Notes under the pieces: model-generated | What the model saw: the letters and a program-made list of their open reading frames with translations, nothing else | Database searches by the model: none | What the model was told of the DNA's origin: nothing | In this document: positions 59,405 to 64,000 of the stretch, one piece after another | Layout of the letters: every line of letters starts with the position of its first letter | Numbering within the stretch: the first letter of the stretch is position 1 | From: a virus | Reading direction: 5' to 3' (one strand) | DNA: 64,000 nt | IMG/VR virus record: IMGVR_UViG_3300003937_000343 | Location: 6,693-70,692 of that record | Translations under genes and position numbers: made by a program

Positions 59405-60070
59405 ATGGCAAAATTAAAATTAAAAAATCTAATCAAAGAAAGTAGAGCTTTCTCAACCGTTGGTGGTGTAGTTACTACTCCAGCACTTGGGGGCGGTGTA
59501 GTATCTAATCGCAATTATGGTCTATCTAATATTGTAGAAGATTTATATGGTACACAAGAAAAAGTATCAGCAAAAGAAATTAAAGAAAATATGAAACAAT
59601 TTTCAAGTTTCGGTGAATCTTTTGATTCTGAAAATAATATTAAAGATATAGCTGAAAAACTTTCAGAGATTGCAACTAATGCAAAATCATACACTTTAAG
59701 TGAAACCGATGATTGGTTTGATAAGGTTACGGTTAATCGTAATATGAAAGAATTAACAAATCTATCAAAATCATTTGGTAAAATCGCAAAAGAATCTAAT
59801 TCTTTACAACAAAGATTAGGTGGATTGTATGAAGATATGGGCCATGTACTTGGTAGATATTTTGAAATGAAAGACGACCCATCAGCAGAAGATGCAGAAG
59901 ATGCTGGAATTAAAGGTGCAGATATTGAAGAAGGTGATTATCAAGCATTCTTTCAAAGTGCAATGAAAAAATTTGGTATTAGTTCTCCAGAAGAATTAGA
60001 TGATGAAAAGAAAAAAGCTTTCTTTAATTATGTTGATTCTAATTATAAAGGTGAAAAGGAAACCGACTAA
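59405..60070 (+). CDS. Head-associated protein with MAKLKLKNLIKE leader
   Basis: GAGGAG SD before ATG 59405; C-terminal DYQAFFQSAMKKFGISSPEELDDEKKKAFFNYVD module. Confidence 0.7.
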   Translation: MAKLKLKNLIKESRAFSTVGGVVTTPALGGGVVSNRNYGLSNIVEDLYGTQEKVSAKEIKENMKQFSSFGESFDSENNIKDIAEKLSEIATNAKSYTLSETDDWFDKVTVNRNMKELTNLSKSFGKIAKESNSLQQRLGGLYEDMGHVLGRYFEMKDDPSAEDAEDAGIKGADIEEGDYQAFFQSAMKKFGISSPEELDDEKKKAFFNYVDSNYKGEKETD

Positions 60071-60351
60071 TGATTAAGTTGAAAAAACTCATTTCCAAAA
60101 AGCAGACTATTACAGAGGCTGATAGAGCTACTCTTAGTAAGATGAAACAGAGAATGAAAGAAGCTGAAGGACAGTATATGAATTGGCATATCAACGCTAA
60201 TGAGTTTCTATGGGATGTAGATACAAGTACTGGTGATGGTAAGAAACTTAAAAAGATGATTTATAATAATAGATTTCGAGGACGAGATAGTGGTAAAGAA
60301 ATATTCGATCTAATGGAAGATATTTTTAAAGAAAAACAACGAGAAAATTAA
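60070..60351 (+). CDS. Hypothetical protein with MIKL leader
   Basis: MIKLKKLISKKQTITE-A. Confidence 0.7.
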   Translation: MIKLKKLISKKQTITEADRATLSKMKQRMKEAEGQYMNWHINANEFLWDVDTSTGDGKKLKKMIYNNRFRGRDSGKEIFDLMEDIFKEKQREN

Positions 60352-60368
60352 AACACAAGAGGTTATAA

Positions 60369-60566
60369 TTGATTAAAGTAGAAGTCCGAAAAGGACAATC
60401 GATAGAAAAAGCACTTTCAATTTTTAAGAGGAAAGTCAAACAAAGTGGAATGATGTTAGAATTAAGAGAACGATCATTCTACAGAAAAAAGTCTGATATA
60501 CTTCGAGAGAAGAAAAAGAAAGCTATTTTAAGAAATAAGTACAAAGTACTAAAAGAAAAAGATTAA
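60369..60566 (+). CDS. rpsU: Phage-encoded 30S ribosomal protein bS21
   Basis: IKVEVRKGQSIEKALSIFKRKVKQSGMMLELRERSFYRKKSDILREKKKKA; TTG start after GAGG. Confidence 0.85.
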   Translation: MIKVEVRKGQSIEKALSIFKRKVKQSGMMLELRERSFYRKKSDILREKKKKAILRNKYKVLKEKD

Positions 60567-60604
60567 AAAACTACACACTTCGTGTTCGTTTTTTTACATT
60601 TTAT

Positions 60605-60702
60605 ACTATTTATATAAAATGAAATACACTTTCGGCGTTTCCGCCACTCATAAAGTGTAACCGATTAATAATTAATCTTAATTATTGTTCCTAATAACAA
60701 TA
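60605..60702 (+). promoter_or_regulatory. Late promoter-like motif and structured 5' leader of the scaffold/capsid operon
   Basis: ACTATTTAT at 60605-13; TACACTTT/AAAGTGTA enclosing GGCG/CGCC; GATTAAT/ATTAATC; TATTGTT/AACAATA. Confidence 0.45.
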
Positions 60703-60725
60703 CTGAATCCAAACGGAGAATAACA

Positions 60726-61949
60726 ATGGATGATTTACTAAAAGAAGCCATTGCAGACGCAAAAGCAGTTCGTGAAACAGCTCTAGCAAATGCAAAGATG
60801 GCGCTTGAGGAAGCATTTACACCAAAGTTAAAATCAATGTTGGCTAAAAAAATCCAATCTGAAATCGAAGATGAAGATGGGGATGAAGCAGAAGTTGAAG
60901 AACAAGACGAACTTTCTGATGAAGATGATGTGGTTGATCCTGCATCAGATGAAGAAGGCGGCCCTGTATCTGAAGAAGACGAAGTTTCTGATGAAGACGA
61001 TGAAGTAGAGGAATCTGCTGAATTATCTGATGAAGAAGAAGCTGCTGAAGAACCAATTTCAACTGAACAAGATGAAGTAGCAGATGAGGATGATGAAGAA
61101 CCAGTTGCTGAAGAAGATGAAGTCTCAGACGAAGATGACGAAGAAGCAGTTGCAGAGGAAGATGAAATATCTGATGAAGACGATGAAGAACTCGACCTTG
61201 AAGCAATACTTCGTGAATTAGAAGATGAAGACGATGACGCTGAAGTTTCTGAAGAATATGAGGATGAAGATGTAGAAGATGGTGCTGAAGAAGTACCTGC
61301 TGCTGAACAACCTGATGATTCTGTATCAGAAAATGATGTATCTTCTGACATTGGTAAAGCTGACAATAAAGTGGCAGATGCCGCTGCAGATTCTTCTAAG
61401 ACTGGTGCTCAGGGTCCTGAAGGCGAAGGAAGTGATTCCGAAGCTGGTAAGGAAAACTCTGAAGACGAAGTAGTCAAAGAAGAAGATGAAGTATCTGATG
61501 AAGATGACGACATCGATTTAGAAGAAGTTTTAAAAGCTCTTTCTGAAGAAGATGAAGTATCCGATGAAGATGACGAGGTGGAAGAAAATGCTGTACTTAA
61601 AGCAGAAATTAAAGAGCATAGGGATGTTGTAAAATATCTTCGTGCTAAACTAAATGAAGTTAACCTATTAAACGCAAAACTATTGTTTTCAAACAAACTA
61701 TTCAGAGTTTTCGGTTTATCTAATGAACAGAAGATGAAAGTAGTTGAAACATTTGACAGAACTAAGAACATTAGAGAGATTAAACTTGTGTATTCAACAC
61801 TTGCTGAGTCTTTCAAAGGTCGTAGACCTGTTAAAGAATCGAAAGGTTCAAGTTCGAAAGCAGTTGCATCAACTAAACCAAGTAAGAAAGTAATTTCTGA
61901 AGGTTCTGATGTGAAAGCACGCTTTAAGAAGTTAGCTAACATAATTTAA
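60726..61949 (+). CDS. Prohead scaffold/core protein (T4 gp22-like position)
   Basis: Very acidic, with EEDEVSDEDD repeats and a coiled-coil C-terminus; lies directly before the major capsid gene. Confidence 0.75.
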   Translation: MDDLLKEAIADAKAVRETALANAKMALEEAFTPKLKSMLAKKIQSEIEDEDGDEAEVEEQDELSDEDDVVDPASDEEGGPVSEEDEVSDEDDEVEESAELSDEEEAAEEPISTEQDEVADEDDEEPVAEEDEVSDEDDEEAVAEEDEISDEDDEELDLEAILRELEDEDDDAEVSEEYEDEDVEDGAEEVPAAEQPDDSVSENDVSSDIGKADNKVADAAADSSKTGAQGPEGEGSDSEAGKENSEDEVVKEEDEVSDEDDDIDLEEVLKALSEEDEVSDEDDEVEENAVLKAEIKEHRDVVKYLRAKLNEVNLLNAKLLFSNKLFRVFGLSNEQKMKVVETFDRTKNIREIKLVYSTLAESFKGRRPVKESKGSSSKAVASTKPSKKVISEGSDVKARFKKLANII

Positions 61950-61974
61950 CAAATTTTACTATTAGGAGACTATA

Positions 61975-63627
61975 ATGAGTAAAAGAACTTCAACAATAGA
62001 ATCTTTGATGGATGGTTATAATCCACAAAGACAACTATTGGAACAAACTCGTAAGTTAGTCAAGAAATGGGAGCCAACAGGCCTTTTAGAAGGTTTGAAA
62101 GCTGACCATGAAGTAAATGGAATGGCAGTACTACTTGAGAATCAAGCTCGTCAATTAATTGATGAAGCCTCAAGAACTGGTACCGCAGCAAGCTCGGAAG
62201 AGTGGAGTGGCGTAGCCTTACCATTGGTTCGTAGAATCTTTGGTGAATTGGCAGCACAGGAATTCGTTTCTGTTCAACCAATGAACCTACCTTCAGGTCT
62301 TATTTTCTATCTTGACTTTAAATACGGAACAGCCCAAACAGGCAACCATACTAACAACGCTGATGTACATGGTAACACAAGTGGATCTGGCGATGCAAGT
62401 GGTGGTCTTTATGGTGCTGGTAAATTCGGATATTCTGTGAATGACCAAACTTCAGATACTCTGGCTATTGGTGCTTCAGCTGCAGATAATGCATTTGCAA
62501 CTGCCTCAGTAGCATGGAGTGATGTTGGTTGGGAACCAGATTTATCTGCTTCTGTGGCCATTGGTCATGTAGCTGATAATGGTTTGGTAAAAATCACAGT
62601 CGCTGATGATGATCTAGTAAATTACGATAAAGACGGCGTTCGCGCTTTCTCTATTAGTGGTACTAACATTGACGCATTTTATCCAGCTTATACAAGTAGG
62701 AATGCCGCTGGAACAGAGGTTTCATTCATATGTTTGAAATCTGCTGCCGCTGCACCTGCAAGTATAATTGTGAAATATCACAAAGAAGCTGCAAATAACT
62801 ACACTCGTGGTGATTTTGAAGCTACAGCAGCACAAATAGATGCTAACCCAGAAACAGATATCGATATTCCTGAATTAGATATCGCACTGAAAAGTATTCC
62901 TATCATTGCTAAAACTCGTAAGTTAAAAGCAGTCTGGACTCCAGAACTTGCTCAAGACTTAAATGCATACCATTCAGTTGATGCAGAAGCTGAGTTAACA
63001 GCACTGTTAAGTGAGTACATTTCAATGGAAATCGATTTAGAAATCCTTGATATGTTGTATTCTGGAGCATCTGCAAAATCTGAAAATTGGTCAGCAAGAC
63101 CAGGGTATGAGTATGACTCAGCTACTGGACTTTTCGCTGAATCTTCAGCTAATGCAAGTGCTTACACCAAAGGAACTTGGTTCCAGACTCTTGGAAACAA
63201 AATCCAAGCAGTTTCAAATGCTATCCACCAGAAGACTCTTCGTGGCGGTGCTAATTTCATCGTGGTTTCACCTGAAACAGCAACCATCATAGAAAGTATT
63301 CCTGGATACGCAGCTGATACAGCTGGTGATGCAACTGAGAAATCATTTGCAATGGGCGTACAAAAAGTAGGTGCTCTTAACAACCGTTATACGGTTTACA
63401 AGAACCCTTACGCATTGGATAATAAAGTGCTTATCGGTTTCAGAGGAAGTAATTTCCTTGAAACAGGTGCGGTTTATTCACCATATGTACCATTAATCAT
63501 GACACCACTTGTCTATGATCCAAAGAACTTTACTCCGCGTAAAGGGGTCATGACTCGTTATGCTAAGAAAATGGTTAGATCAGAATACTACGGTGATGTA
63601 ACAGTCGCTGATGTAAACTATGTCTAA
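61975..63627 (+). CDS. Major capsid protein (T4 gp23-like)
   Basis: KWEPTGLLEG, LLENQ, LVRR, VQPMNLPSGLIF, AKTRKLKAVWTPELAQDLNAYH, YSPYVPL, GVMTRY. Confidence 0.96.
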   Translation: MSKRTSTIESLMDGYNPQRQLLEQTRKLVKKWEPTGLLEGLKADHEVNGMAVLLENQARQLIDEASRTGTAASSEEWSGVALPLVRRIFGELAAQEFVSVQPMNLPSGLIFYLDFKYGTAQTGNHTNNADVHGNTSGSGDASGGLYGAGKFGYSVNDQTSDTLAIGASAADNAFATASVAWSDVGWEPDLSASVAIGHVADNGLVKITVADDDLVNYDKDGVRAFSISGTNIDAFYPAYTSRNAAGTEVSFICLKSAAAAPASIIVKYHKEAANNYTRGDFEATAAQIDANPETDIDIPELDIALKSIPIIAKTRKLKAVWTPELAQDLNAYHSVDAEAELTALLSEYISMEIDLEILDMLYSGASAKSENWSARPGYEYDSATGLFAESSANASAYTKGTWFQTLGNKIQAVSNAIHQKTLRGGANFIVVSPETATIIESIPGYAADTAGDATEKSFAMGVQKVGALNNRYTVYKNPYALDNKVLIGFRGSNFLETGAVYSPYVPLIMTPLVYDPKNFTPRKGVMTRYAKKMVRSEYYGDVTVADVNYV

Positions 63628-63672
63628 TATTATTTTAGGATAGTCATATAGGGGTGTCAAAACCCTGATTTC

Positions 63673-63705
63673 AAAAAGGGTGAGGATTTTTCTTCACCCT
63701 TTTTT
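63673..63705 (+). terminator. Intrinsic terminator after the major capsid gene
   Basis: AGGGTGAGGA-TTTT-TCTTCACCCT followed by a T run, with an A run in front. Confidence 0.85.
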
Positions 63706-63713
63706 GTTTCTTT

Positions 63714-63722
63714 GATATTTAT
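63714..63722 (+). promoter_or_regulatory. Putative late promoter GATATTTAT
   Basis: Directly after the terminator, before TAGGAG and ATG 63759. Confidence 0.6.
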
Positions 63723-63758
63723 TTACAGATATCTAAATACTAATATTAGGAGAATTTT

Positions 63759-64000
63759 ATGGCTCAAGAACCAATCTGGCCAGGAAGTGGTTCAGCAGTA
63801 AGTGGAAATACACCATTCGGGTTTTACGATGACGATACTGTATTTCAAACAGATGCCCCAAAGTTCGCAACATGGTGTGCGAAACGACTGGGTTATCCAA
63901 TAACAGCGGTTGAAATCCAAGACTCACAATTATATACTTGTTTTGAAGAAAGTATTACTGAATACTCTGCCCAAGTAAACCAATTTAACATTAAAGATAA
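63759..64000 (+). CDS. Neck/head-completion protein (T4 gp13-like), 3' truncated by the window
   Basis: MAQEPIWPGSG...WCAKRLGYPITAVEIQDSQLYTCFEESITEYS, open to the window end. Confidence 0.65.
   Translation, partial: MAQEPIWPGSGSAVSGNTPFGFYDDDTVFQTDAPKFATWCAKRLGYPITAVEIQDSQLYTCFEESITEYSAQVNQFNIKD

Noticed and set aside
60571-60595. Terminator after rpsU
   Set aside because: Only a 4-bp core stem (ACAC/GTGT) with a 3-nt loop before the T run; too weak to call.
1054-63383. Minus-strand ORFs in the track (e.g. 1054-1500, 53184-53675, 60665-61366, 61409-61942)
   Set aside because: They are antisense shadows of well-supported + strand genes, with no motifs or SD. The Ser-rich ones mirror the acidic scaffold codons.
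1-64000. Stop-codon reassignment, as in some large phages
   Set aside because: Genes are full length in code 11 and end in TAA, TAG and TGA with tight coupling. The breaks seen are frameshifts, not in-frame stops.
1-64000. CRISPR array, tRNA or rRNA genes
   Set aside because: No regularly spaced repeats with unique spacers. The few intergenic gaps show no cloverleaf with T-loop and D-loop consensus.

Overview
AT-rich segment of a large T4-like (myovirus-type) phage genome. All credible genes are on the + strand, tightly packed, and read in the standard genetic code. It has four blocks. (1) 1-12084: a 5'-truncated tail fibre with a C-terminal S74 chaperone, an Ig/FN3-rich adhesin-like protein, and a small virion-like protein carrying a Hint domain. 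(2) About 9.8-41.3 kb: a glycan/modification island with glycosyltransferases (two GT7 with inserted LamG domains), RmlC, three NAD-dependent epimerases, a split TPP enzyme, three radical SAM enzymes, methyltransferases, 2OG oxygenases, six SGNH-like paralogues and a SET protein. (3) About 41.4-47.2 kb: P-loop kinase, GH108 lysozyme, CCA-adding enzyme and an RNA-ligase-like protein. (4) 48.7-64 kb: head module with terminase, portal, prohead protease, many small proteins, ribosomal protein bS21, scaffold, major capsid and neck. The best candidates for new biology are a shared N-terminal 'MIKLKxII/LxE' leader on about 9 unrelated proteins (candidate capsid-targeting, protease-cleaved cargo signal, with cargo that may include an RNA-repair kit) and an attenuator-like RNA leader in front of rmlC. 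Several genes show frame-breaking junctions with apparently missing segments, which could be real deletions or assembly errors. All calls come from reading motifs by eye; no searches were run.
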